Assembly: GCA_963835445.1 (NCBI GenBank)
Contig: CAWIFO010000001.1
Location: 322,225 to 386,224 of the forward strand
Direction: 5' to 3'
Source of the DNA: an uncultured Actinomycetota bacterium
GTDB taxonomy: Bacteria > Actinomycetota > Acidimicrobiia > Acidimicrobiales > RAAP-2
DNA: 64,000 nt
Shown here piece by piece: positions 17,264 through 26,097 of the stretch (the stretch's first letter is position 1; each line of letters begins with the position of its first letter). Position numbers and translations under genes: made by a program. The notes under the pieces are model-generated. The model saw only the letters and a list, made by a program, of their open reading frames with translations. It did not search any database and had not been told where the DNA came from.

Positions 17264-17890
17264 TCAGCCCGGGCGCCGGTGGACCGAGACGGCGTAACTG
17301 CCGCCCGGGTCGTAGGGGGCGCCGTCCCACGTGGACCAGCGGGTCTCCGGCACCAGGCCGGCGTCCCGGCAGGACCCGTCGTACTGCTCGACGGTGTAGC
17401 CCCGCCCCAGCTGGAACCCGGACACCAGCCGACCGCCCGGGGCCAGGTGGCGTGCGCACCCGGCCACGAGCGCCCCGTGGGTCCCCTCCGGGGTGAACAG
17501 GGGCACGTTCCCGGCCATGAGCACGAGGTCGAACGTCCGGCCGAGGTCGGCTGTGGCGACATCGGCCACGTGGAACTCGACTCCGGCGGCGAGGTCCCGC
17601 GCCGTGGCGACCATCGAAGGGTCCCGGTCGATGCCGACCACCTCGACCCCCCGGCGGGCGAGTTCGGCCGCCACGCGGCCGGTGCCGCATCCGGCGTCCA
17701 GCACGGTCCGGGGCGCCAGGCGGGATACGCAGTCGGCCTCGCCGTGGACGTCGACCCCGGACGCGGCGAGCTCGTCGAAACGTCGTTGGTAGGCCCCGCC
17801 GTCCCATTCGGTGGCGCCGGGAGGCCCGTCCGGCGGGTCGCCGTCCCCCGAGGTCAGCGGTCGCCACCCGGGTCGTGGGCGGACGGGCAC
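17264..17890 (-). CDS. class I SAM-dependent methyltransferase
   Basis: Motif I VLDAGCGTGRVAAELARRG, then FDLVLMAGNV and LAPGGRLV. Confidence 0.8.
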   Translation of the reverse strand: MPVRPRPGWRPLTSGDGDPPDGPPGATEWDGGAYQRRFDELAASGVDVHGEADCVSRLAPRTVLDAGCGTGRVAAELARRGVEVVGIDRDPSMVATARDLAAGVEFHVADVATADLGRTFDLVLMAGNVPLFTPEGTHGALVAGCARHLAPGGRLVSGFQLGRGYTVEQYDGSCRDAGLVPETRWSTWDGAPYDPGGSYAVSVHRRPG

Positions 17891-17967
17891 CCCGAGGCGA
17901 CGGCGGCGGGGCGTGCTCCCATCGACGGGAGGCTACCGGCGCGCCCGGCGGCGTCCGGGGATGGGGT

Positions 17968-19203
17968 TCAGCCGACGGTGAGGTGGGCGCTCACCGACTC
18001 GCCGACCACCACGCACGACGCCAGCGACCGGCAGGACACGCCGGTGAGCGGCAGCAGGACGCCCGCGACCGCGGCGCGGCGCCACCCCGACGACCCTGCG
18101 CCGCCCGACCCGGACAGGACGACCAGGCCGGCCTGGGGGGCGCCGGCCACGGTCGTCCCGACGGCCACGCACGGACCGGCCCCGCACGACACGTCGAGGA
18201 GGGCGGCGCTGGTGGCGGTCACGGATGCCTGCGCCCACGTGGCTCCCCCGCTCGCGGTGGTCAGGACCAGTCCCTGCCCGGTTCGGGGGGCGCCGGTGGC
18301 CGTGGCCGTGGTCCCGACCGCCGTGCAGCCGACGTGTGCGGTCGCCGATCCGGGGGCGCTCGTCGACGTGCCGGCCGACACCGGTGCCGTGCAGTCGATC
18401 CCCTCGAGTGCGCCGGTCCCCGAGGGAACGGTCTGGAGTGCCCATGTCACCCCGCCGTCGGCGGTGGCGGCGACGGCACCGCCGACATGGCCCACGTCGA
18501 CCGGACTGATGGTGGTGGCCCAGCAGTGGCGGGCGTCGGTGCAGGCCATGGCGGTGGCGGACGCCACGGTGGCCGGCAGCGCCCCTCGGGCCACCCACGG
18601 TGCCCCCGGTGCGCCCGGGGCCAGCGCGGTCACCCGGCCGGCGAGATTGGCCAGCACCGAACACGTGCCGGCCGACGGGCAGGCGACGGCGGTCACGTCG
18701 GCAGTGCCGCCGGGCACGGACTGGAGCGTCCAGGTGGCGCCGGCGTTGCCGGTGGTGACGACCGCTCCGGACCCCGTTCCACCGGTGCCGACCTGGCCGA
18801 CGGCGGTGCAGGACCTCGTGGTCGGGCAGGCGATGCCGGTCAGGTAGCTGACGGTGGCCGGGATCTGCTGGACCATCCAGGTGGCCCCGCCGGTCGTGGT
18901 GGTGAGGACGGCGGCAGCGGCCGGCGACTTGGCGGTGCCGAGGGTGGTGCCGACGGCCCAGCACCGGCCGGCCGATGGGCAGTCGACGTCCCGGAGCGAC
19001 TGGATCCCGGCGGGCAGCGCCACGGAGGTGAAGGCGCCCTGGAACGGGGCCAGCAGCTGCGCCGGAGTCGTGGTGGCCCGGCCCGGGGACGGGGCGGCAC
19101 CCGACCCGCAGGCGGCGGTGACGAGCAGGGCGAGGAGAGCGGTGGCGACGACGGGCCGCCGCCGGGTCACCTCGGGACCGCCCTGGGCTCGATCGACACG
19201 CAC
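17968..19203 (-). CDS. lipoprotein with BNR/Asp-box-like beta-propeller repeats, each carrying a Cys pair
   Basis: Lipobox-like LLALLVTAACGS after GTG 19203 (GGGAAGGG upstream). Asp-box-like GGATW, AGATW and GGVTW. Seven C-x4-6-C units (DCPSAGRCWAVG, ACPTTRSCTAVG, ACPSAGTCSVL, ACTDARHCWAT, GCTAVG, SCGAGPCVAVG, SCRSLASCVVVG). Confidence 0.7.
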   Translation of the reverse strand: MRVDRAQGGPEVTRRRPVVATALLALLVTAACGSGAAPSPGRATTTPAQLLAPFQGAFTSVALPAGIQSLRDVDCPSAGRCWAVGTTLGTAKSPAAAAVLTTTTGGATWMVQQIPATVSYLTGIACPTTRSCTAVGQVGTGGTGSGAVVTTGNAGATWTLQSVPGGTADVTAVACPSAGTCSVLANLAGRVTALAPGAPGAPWVARGALPATVASATAMACTDARHCWATTISPVDVGHVGGAVAATADGGVTWALQTVPSGTGALEGIDCTAPVSAGTSTSAPGSATAHVGCTAVGTTATATGAPRTGQGLVLTTASGGATWAQASVTATSAALLDVSCGAGPCVAVGTTVAGAPQAGLVVLSGSGGAGSSGWRRAAVAGVLLPLTGVSCRSLASCVVVGESVSAHLTVG

Positions 19204-19366
19204 TGCCCTTCCCTCTTCGGCCACTCCGGTGGCGTGCGTCGCCGCCAGCGCGGCGTGGATCCCGGAGATCTTGCCACGACTGGTCTCTGCCACAGGTGAT
19301 GACCGGGCACCCGTGGTGGCGAGTCCGCCCGCCTCGTCCCGGTTACCGTGAGGCCGTGGCCGCCCC

Positions 19367-20581
19367 ATGCTCCCCGATCCGCCCCCCGCCGACCGATCCG
19401 GCCACCCGTTGAACGTCATCGACGTCATCCTCGTCGTCGTCGTCCTGCTCGCCGCCTACCAGGGGGCACGGGTGGGCGCCCTGGTGCAGGTCTGCGCCAT
19501 CCTCGGGTTTCTGGGCGGCCTGTACCTGGGAGCGCTGTTGGCCTCGGTGACGGTGCGGTGGGTCCAGACGCCGACGGCCCGGACCGCGGTGGCCCTCACC
19601 ACCATGGTGGGCGTGGCGTTCGCCCTCGGCATGGTGGGCCGCGTCCTCGGGGCGATGCTCGAGGTCCGGATCCACCGCGGGCTCGCGCGGTCGGTCGACG
19701 CCGCCCTGGGTACGGTCGTCGCCGTGGTCGCGGCCCTGGTGACCTTCTGGCTGCTGGCCAGCACCCTGGTCAACAGCTCGTCGGTGGCCCTCGACACCGC
19801 CATCCTCCAGTCCCGGGTCATCAGCGCCCTCAATTCGGTCCTGCCGCCCCCTCCCTCGGTGTTCTCCCGTGCACAGGGCTTCCTGACGGCCCAGGGGTTC
19901 CCGCCGGTGTTCGCCGCGCTGGCCCCGGCGTCGGCGCTTCCGGTGCCGCTGCCCTCGGACGCAGAGCTCCGACAGGCGGTCCTGGCCGCCCAGGCGTCGA
20001 CGGTGAAGGTCGAGGGCTACGGCTGCGGCGTGATCCAGGAGGGCTCGGGCTTCGTGGCCGCGCCCGGGCTGGTGGTGACCAACGCCCACGTGGTGGCCGG
20101 GATCGCTCGGCCACTGGTGCAGGTCGGGACCAGCGTGAAGGCGACCAAGGTCGTCTACTTCGACCCGTCCTTCGATCTCGCCGTCCTCCGCGTGTCGGGC
20201 CTCGACGCGCCGGTCCTCCACCTCGACCCGCAGACGGTCGACCGCGGCACCCAGGCCGCCGTGCTCGGCTACCCCGACGGTGGTCCGTTCACCGCCGACG
20301 GGGCCGGCATCATGGCGCTGTTCGAGGCCCAGGGCCGCGACATCTACGGACAGGCGCTCACCGTCCGCAACGTCTACGAGATCAACGCGGTCGTCCGCCC
20401 GGGCAACTCCGGGGGCCCGCTGGTGCTGCCCGACGGGCACGTGGTGGGCGTCGTGTTCTCGCGCTCGACCACTGATGCCAACATCGGGTACGCCCTCACC
20501 TCGCCCGACGTGATCCCCCGCGTGGCCCAGGCCGCGCCGGTGACGACCGCGGTCGGCACCGGCGCCTGCACGTCGTCCTGA
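19367..20581 (+). CDS. MarP-type membrane-anchored trypsin-like serine protease (CvpA-like TM domain plus S1 protease)
   Basis: Four hydrophobic helices in the N-terminal 150 aa. Catalytic-triad contexts TNAHVV, DLAVLRV and PGNSGGPLV. Confidence 0.85.
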   Translation: MLPDPPPADRSGHPLNVIDVILVVVVLLAAYQGARVGALVQVCAILGFLGGLYLGALLASVTVRWVQTPTARTAVALTTMVGVAFALGMVGRVLGAMLEVRIHRGLARSVDAALGTVVAVVAALVTFWLLASTLVNSSSVALDTAILQSRVISALNSVLPPPPSVFSRAQGFLTAQGFPPVFAALAPASALPVPLPSDAELRQAVLAAQASTVKVEGYGCGVIQEGSGFVAAPGLVVTNAHVVAGIARPLVQVGTSVKATKVVYFDPSFDLAVLRVSGLDAPVLHLDPQTVDRGTQAAVLGYPDGGPFTADGAGIMALFEAQGRDIYGQALTVRNVYEINAVVRPGNSGGPLVLPDGHVVGVVFSRSTTDANIGYALTSPDVIPRVAQAAPVTTAVGTGACTSS

Positions 20582-20641
20582 CCCGGCCGCGTCGGGGCCG
20601 GTACCGGTCCGGGCCGCGGCGCGGCAGAGTAGAACTGGGGC

Positions 20642-22807
20642 ATGGCGCTCCCCATCGAGGACTACGGGATCATCGGCGACCTGCACACGGTCGCCCTGGT
20701 GGGGCGCGACGGATCCATCGACTGGCTCTGCCTCCCGCGCTTCGACTCCGGTGCCTGCTTCGCCAAGCTGCTCGGCACCGAGGACCACGGGTCGTGGCGC
20801 CTGGCACCCAAGGGGGTCGAACGGGCGGTCCACCGGCACTACCGGGGGGACACCCTCGTGCTCGAGTCGGAGTTCGTCACCGACGAGGGCACCGTCCGGA
20901 TCGTCGACTGCATGCCCATCCGCCAACGCCATCCTGAGGTGGTCCGCCTCGTCGAGGGCGTGCGCGGCAAGGTGACCATGGAGATGCGGCTGACCATCCG
21001 GTACGGCTACGGGCAGGTGGTCCCGTGGGTGCGGCGGACCGACGGGACCCTCACCGCCGTCGCCGGTCCGGACGCCCTGTCGCTGTGGACCACGGTGGCG
21101 ACCGAGGGCAGCGACATGTCGACCGTGGCCGAGTTCACCGTGTCCGAGGGCCAGACCGTTCCCTTCTCCCTGTCGTGGTACCCGGCCAACGAGTCCCCGC
21201 CCCGGCCGGTGGACGCCTCCTACGCCATCGCGGACACCCAGCAGTGGTGGGAGGAGTGGGTGTCCCAGTGCACCTACACGGGCGAGTACCGCGAGGCGGT
21301 GGTCCGGTCGTTGATCACCCTGAAGGCGCTGACCTACGAGCCGACCGGCGGCATCGTGGCCGCTCCGACCACGTCACTGCCCGAGGCGCTCGGAGGCGGG
21401 CGCAATTGGGACTACCGGTTCTGCTGGTTGCGCGACGCCACGCTCACCCTCGAGTCGCTCATGCGTGGCGGTTTCTACCAGGAGGCGATGGCCTGGCGGG
21501 GCTGGCTGCTGCGGGCGGCTGCCGGGGACCCGTCGCAGCTGCAGATCATGTACGGGGCCGCCGGCGAGCGCCGGCTCGACGAGTGGGAGGTCGACTGGCT
21601 GCCGGGCTACGAGGGGGCGGGTCCGGTGCGGATCGGAAACGCCGCGGCCGGACAGTTCCAGCTCGATGTCTACGGCGAGGTCCTGTCCGCCCTGTACGAG
21701 TCGGTCGGTCCCGGGGACCCCGACGGCGAGGCGTCGTGGGAGCTGCAGCTGGCGCTGCTGGCGTTCCTGGAGGACGGTTGGCGGGAACCGGACGACGGGA
21801 TCTGGGAGGTCCGGGGCCCGCGCCGTCACTTCACGCATTCCAAGGTCATGGCCTGGGTGGCGTTCGACCGTGCCATCCGGACCGTCGAGGACTACCACAT
21901 GGAGGGCCCGGTCGACCGATGGCGCGCCATCCGTCAGGAGATCCACGACCAGGTGTGCGACCAGGGGTTCAACGCCTCGAAGGGCTCGTTCACGCAGTAC
22001 TTCGGCTCCGACCAGCTCGACGCGAGCCTGCTGATGATCCCGCTGGTCGGGTTCCTCCCTGCCACGGACCCACGAGTGCGGGGGACGATCGAGGCGATCG
22101 AGCGCGAGCTGGTGGAGGGGGACTTCGTCCTCCGCTACCGCACCGGCGACTCCGGCGAGGTCGACGGTCTCACGGGCAGCGAGGGAGCGTTCCTCGCCTG
22201 CTCGTTCTGGCTCGCCGACTGCCTCGAACTGCTCGGGCGCGACCACGATGCCCGCCAGCTGCTCGAGCGCCTGCTCGATCTGCGCAACGACCTCGGACTC
22301 CTGTCCGAGGAGTACGACCCGGTCGCCGGGCGGCTGGTGGGCAACTTCCCCCAGGCGTTCTCGCACGTGTCGCTGGTCAACTCGGCGGCCAAGGTCACCG
22401 GCCACCACAAGCCGAGTGCCGAGCACGTCTTCCGCGGCCTGGCGCGCCGGGCGATGACCGGGTCGCGCCCGACCGGCGTCACCCGGCGCCACCTCGACGT
22501 GGGAGCGGCCGAGCCTGTGCTGCGCGGCCTGATCGGCCGGGTCGGGGACCATCCCGACCAGATGCAGGGGCGCCCCGGGTCGGCGCGTCCGACCCGGAAG
22601 CGGTCGGTGCAGCGCGAAGTACCGAGGAAGCAGTCGGCGGTGACGGCGGCGGCGAAGAAGGCCGTCGCGGGGACGAAGGGCGCGGCGAAGACGTCCGCGC
22701 CGAAGAAGGCCACGCCGAAGAAGGCCACGGCGAAGAAGGCCACGGCGAAGAAGGCCACGCCGAAGAAGGCCACGCCGACCGGCGTCGAGGCGCGGGAACG
22801 GGAGTGA
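20642..22807 (+). CDS. glycoside hydrolase family 15 (glucoamylase/trehalase-like) with about 120-aa basic C-terminal extension
   Basis: IEDYGIIGDLHTVALVGRDGSIDWLCLPRFDS, NWDYRFCWLRDA and FPQAFSHVSLVNSA. Tail ends KKATPKKATAKKATAKKATPKKATP. Confidence 0.9.
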   Translation: MALPIEDYGIIGDLHTVALVGRDGSIDWLCLPRFDSGACFAKLLGTEDHGSWRLAPKGVERAVHRHYRGDTLVLESEFVTDEGTVRIVDCMPIRQRHPEVVRLVEGVRGKVTMEMRLTIRYGYGQVVPWVRRTDGTLTAVAGPDALSLWTTVATEGSDMSTVAEFTVSEGQTVPFSLSWYPANESPPRPVDASYAIADTQQWWEEWVSQCTYTGEYREAVVRSLITLKALTYEPTGGIVAAPTTSLPEALGGGRNWDYRFCWLRDATLTLESLMRGGFYQEAMAWRGWLLRAAAGDPSQLQIMYGAAGERRLDEWEVDWLPGYEGAGPVRIGNAAAGQFQLDVYGEVLSALYESVGPGDPDGEASWELQLALLAFLEDGWREPDDGIWEVRGPRRHFTHSKVMAWVAFDRAIRTVEDYHMEGPVDRWRAIRQEIHDQVCDQGFNASKGSFTQYFGSDQLDASLLMIPLVGFLPATDPRVRGTIEAIERELVEGDFVLRYRTGDSGEVDGLTGSEGAFLACSFWLADCLELLGRDHDARQLLERLLDLRNDLGLLSEEYDPVAGRLVGNFPQAFSHVSLVNSAAKVTGHHKPSAEHVFRGLARRAMTGSRPTGVTRRHLDVGAAEPVLRGLIGRVGDHPDQMQGRPGSARPTRKRSVQREVPRKQSAVTAAAKKAVAGTKGAAKTSAPKKATPKKATAKKATAKKATPKKATPTGVEARERE
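22701..22775 (+). repeat. 5 x 15-bp in-frame tandem repeat CGAAGAAGGCCACG[CG] encoding (P/A)KKAT
   Basis: Units at 22701, 22716, 22731, 22746 and 22761. Lies inside the GH15 CDS. Confidence 0.9.
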
Positions 22808-22814
22808 CGGACCG

Positions 22815-23810
22815 GTGAGCGGCAACCACGCGCACGTCCACGGGCGGCACCGGCACGACGACGACATTGCCCCGCCTACCGGGACCCGGATCGCCGAGGG
22901 CGTCCTCGAACTCGACACCCTCCTCGGCGGGTGGGAGCGGGTCACCGCCGGCTACCTCATCGAGGGTGACGCCCCGGTACTGGTCGAGACGGGCAGCCAG
23001 AGCTCGGTCCCGTCCCTCCTCGCCCACCTCGACCGCCTGGGCCTGGGCCCCGGGGACCTGGCCGGGGTTGTGGTGACCCACATCCATCTGGACCATGCCG
23101 GCGGCGTGGGCGACGTGGCCCGGGCCTTCCCGAAGGCCACCGTGTACGTCCATCCCAAAGGTGCCCGCCACCTGGCCGACCCGACCCGGCTGATCGACTC
23201 CGCCGCACGTGTCTACGGGCCCCTCCTCGACTCGCTCTACGGTCGGCTCGACGCGACCCCGTCCGAGCGCATCCACGTCCTGGAGGACGGCGACGAGATC
23301 CGGGTCGGGGCCAACCGCTTCCTCACCGCCGTCGACTCACCCGGTCACGCCAAGCACCACATCGGTCTGCACGACAACTGGAGCGGCACGATGTTCGTCG
23401 GCGACGCCGTGGGGGTCAAGCTCCCCGACGGGGGCGTCCTGCGGCCGTCGACGCCCCCACCGGACTTCGACCTGGACCTGGCCCTGCAGTCGTTGGGCAA
23501 GTTCGCGGCCCGGCGGCCCACCGGGCTGGCCCTCGCCCATTACGGGCTGCTGGCCGACCCGCTCGACGTCCTGGACGAGGCCGACGGGACGCTGCGCCGG
23601 TGGGCGGCGGTCGCCGAGGCCGCCTACCGCGAAGGCGGGGACATCGCCGAAGCGCTGTCGGCGGCGTTCGCCTCGGACCTCGACGGGGTGCCCGAGGAGC
23701 ACCGCCAGAAGCTCGAGGTCATGAACGGGGTGCACTCCAACGCGGCGGGCATGCAGCGCTGGCTGGCCGGGCGTGCTGCAGGACCCGGGACGGGGACCCC
23801 CCAACCCTGA
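22815..23810 (+). CDS. MBL-fold metallo-hydrolase
   Basis: HxHxDH motif VVTHIHLDHAGG, later SPGHAKHH. Confidence 0.85.
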   Translation: MSGNHAHVHGRHRHDDDIAPPTGTRIAEGVLELDTLLGGWERVTAGYLIEGDAPVLVETGSQSSVPSLLAHLDRLGLGPGDLAGVVVTHIHLDHAGGVGDVARAFPKATVYVHPKGARHLADPTRLIDSAARVYGPLLDSLYGRLDATPSERIHVLEDGDEIRVGANRFLTAVDSPGHAKHHIGLHDNWSGTMFVGDAVGVKLPDGGVLRPSTPPPDFDLDLALQSLGKFAARRPTGLALAHYGLLADPLDVLDEADGTLRRWAAVAEAAYREGGDIAEALSAAFASDLDGVPEEHRQKLEVMNGVHSNAAGMQRWLAGRAAGPGTGTPQP

Positions 23811-23882
23811 ACCCGGGCACCGGCCGGGAGCTGCCCGGCCCGCGCTGCCCCCCACTTCGCGAGCCTACGGTGCGCCGCGGGC

Positions 23883-25919
23883 CTACGGCTTCGGCGACGA
23901 CGCCGTAGACGAGGGGGGCGTCGTCACCGTCACCGGCGTGCTGGTGGGTACCGACGCGACAGTCGATGGCGTGGAAGCACTGGAGCTCGAGGTGGTCGTC
24001 GCCGATCCGGGGACGGGCGTGGAAGATGACGAGACCGTCGTCGGGGGGGCGGCGAGGGAGGTGGACGTCGTGGTGGTCGAGGAGCCCGGCACGTCGGGCG
24101 ACGTGCACCCAGCGGGCGGCACGCCGGAACCGGTCTGCCCCGGCATCAGAACAGTTCCGGCGCAACCGAAGTCGGAGAAGGTCGCCAACAGCGCGACCGT
24201 ACTGCCGTCCCCGAAGGCATCGGTTGACTTGACCTGTCGGATGAAGCCGGCACCGTCGATGGACACCACGGCGGAGTTGGTCGTGTATCCCTGACTCTTG
24301 AGCACGCCGAGCGCGTCGGTGATCGCCTGGGCCTCGGCACTCGAGGTCCCAGCAGCGCCGGCCAATTGGGTCAGGTCATTGGTGACCTGGTAGTTGGTGA
24401 CCGGGACTCCGTCGACTGTGCCCGTTCCGGTCTCCGATGCGGCACCGATGCCGGGCTGGACGAGGTCCAGATACCCCGTAGGGCTGGCCATACCCATCAT
24501 GGCAACCGCACCTTCGCGGCTCCCCAGCGTCCCTTCGGTGAGCCCGGCGAATCCCGGGAGGCTCGTGCCGGACGCGGAGGCGTCCGAGGCCATGGGCGTC
24601 AGGCCGGTGTCCGTGCTGGCTCCCTCGTAGACGACGCTGTTGCTCACCCGCACGCTGACATCCAGTCCGCCACCGATGTTCGCCGATGCGACCATGGCGA
24701 ATGGGCCGGTGTTGATCGTCCCGCTCCCTTTGACCTCCGGGTTCACAGCTGTCACCGGACCTCCGCTGCAGACCGTCTCCGTCCCCCATTTGAGACCAGG
24801 CGGCAGTGATCCGCTCCCGGGAGTGACGACGACCGGGGTCGGGCTGCCCGGTGAGGACACCGCAACGCTGCTCGAGTACGCACTCGACCCAGCCGCGGAT
24901 GCTCCCACCGTGCTTCCCGCCATCGGAATCGGGGAGAACCTGGCAGTACCGGGGGCTGTACCCGTCGGAACCGGCACCTTCACCTGGTGGCATGTAGTCG
25001 TCGACGTCGTCGTCGGCACGGTGGGGGAGGCGGGGGTGCTGGTGATGTCGTACGAGAAGTGGAAGCTCCCGCTGTCTGTGGTGGCACTCAGAGCGGAGAG
25101 GACCTGGTGCTCGGCCGGACCGTTGCCGACCAGTGGATGCTTCCCGGGAGTGTGCACGGCCGTCGGCCTGGAGGTCGAGCCGCCGGCCACGAGAGCGACC
25201 GGCACTGCGACCACGACCAGAACGGCCGCCGCCGAGGCCACGACGCCGGCTCGGCGCCATGCCGGAGGTCGCCGGACACCCGTGTCGGTCGCTTCATCGA
25301 GCCAAAGTCCGTGTTCCGCCATGGCGACGTCCTCTCCTGATGACGAACGTGTGCCCCGCAGAAACTCTAACTGAGGAATTCGTACGATGGAAGGCTGGTT
25401 ATCCACAGAAGTAAAGTCAGTAACCAGGTTCGTGAGCTGGATGTTTCCGCCGTCACGGCGTCGGATCAGTCGTGCCTGTCCGGCTGAGGCGATCAGTTGG
25501 TCGGCTACCAGCTGGGCCTTGCCCTCGTGCTCGCCGAATTCGTCGACCAGCCACCGGGCGAGGTCATCGGGAAGTTCTCCGGCTCTGGACTCGGAGGCGT
25601 CGGTCACCGCCCGGAACAGGGGCACGGCCAAGAACGCCTCCCGACGGGCAATCGAGGATCCGGGTTCGCCGCCGGCCAGGATCTGTCGACCTCGCTCGGT
25701 CAGCTCCAATCGGGAGCCGCGGCCGCTGACGACGCCGAACAGGCGGGCGTTGGCCACCCGGTTCAGGTAGGCGCCGTTGTTGGTGCCGCTGTACCCCAGC
25801 GCGGGGGCGAGGAGGTCCGGGGCGATGGTGCCTCCGGCGGAGGCGGCCAGCCTGGCCACCTCGATGGCGGCGGCCAGGTCGTAGCGAACCGACCGGAATC
25901 TGGAGCGGACCACGGCCAC
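23883..25919 (-). CDS. hypothetical protein: N-terminal winged-helix-like domain, one TM helix, Ser/Thr/Gly-rich ectodomain with poly-Ser/Thr/Pro tail
   Basis: Single 678-codon ORF. LLAPALGYSGTNNGAYLNRVANARLFGVV. TM AGVVASAAAVLVVVAVPVALVAGG. C-terminal SSTTTTSTSLAAPPTTVSSSSTPVPGS. The alternative is two genes, with the second starting at ATG 25323. Confidence 0.6.
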   Translation of the reverse strand: MAVVRSRFRSVRYDLAAAIEVARLAASAGGTIAPDLLAPALGYSGTNNGAYLNRVANARLFGVVSGRGSRLELTERGRQILAGGEPGSSIARREAFLAVPLFRAVTDASESRAGELPDDLARWLVDEFGEHEGKAQLVADQLIASAGQARLIRRRDGGNIQLTNLVTDFTSVDNQPSIVRIPQLEFLRGTRSSSGEDVAMAEHGLWLDEATDTGVRRPPAWRRAGVVASAAAVLVVVAVPVALVAGGSTSRPTAVHTPGKHPLVGNGPAEHQVLSALSATTDSGSFHFSYDITSTPASPTVPTTTSTTTCHQVKVPVPTGTAPGTARFSPIPMAGSTVGASAAGSSAYSSSVAVSSPGSPTPVVVTPGSGSLPPGLKWGTETVCSGGPVTAVNPEVKGSGTINTGPFAMVASANIGGGLDVSVRVSNSVVYEGASTDTGLTPMASDASASGTSLPGFAGLTEGTLGSREGAVAMMGMASPTGYLDLVQPGIGAASETGTGTVDGVPVTNYQVTNDLTQLAGAAGTSSAEAQAITDALGVLKSQGYTTNSAVVSIDGAGFIRQVKSTDAFGDGSTVALLATFSDFGCAGTVLMPGQTGSGVPPAGCTSPDVPGSSTTTTSTSLAAPPTTVSSSSTPVPGSATTTSSSSASTPSTVASVPTSTPVTVTTPPSSTASSPKP

Positions 25920-26097
25920 AGTCTCTCAGGTCGGCCACGCCGGTGGTAGGGGAACCGGACCAGGACGGTCCGGGTGCGATCCAGGTGTCCGGAACCTTTA
26001 GGCTGGCCAGCCGTGTGCCGGTGCGATGATGTTGCGCGTGCTCGCGTGGGCGGGGCGGCGGACTGCGGCCGGAGTGTGCGGAGGAGAACAGGAGCCC

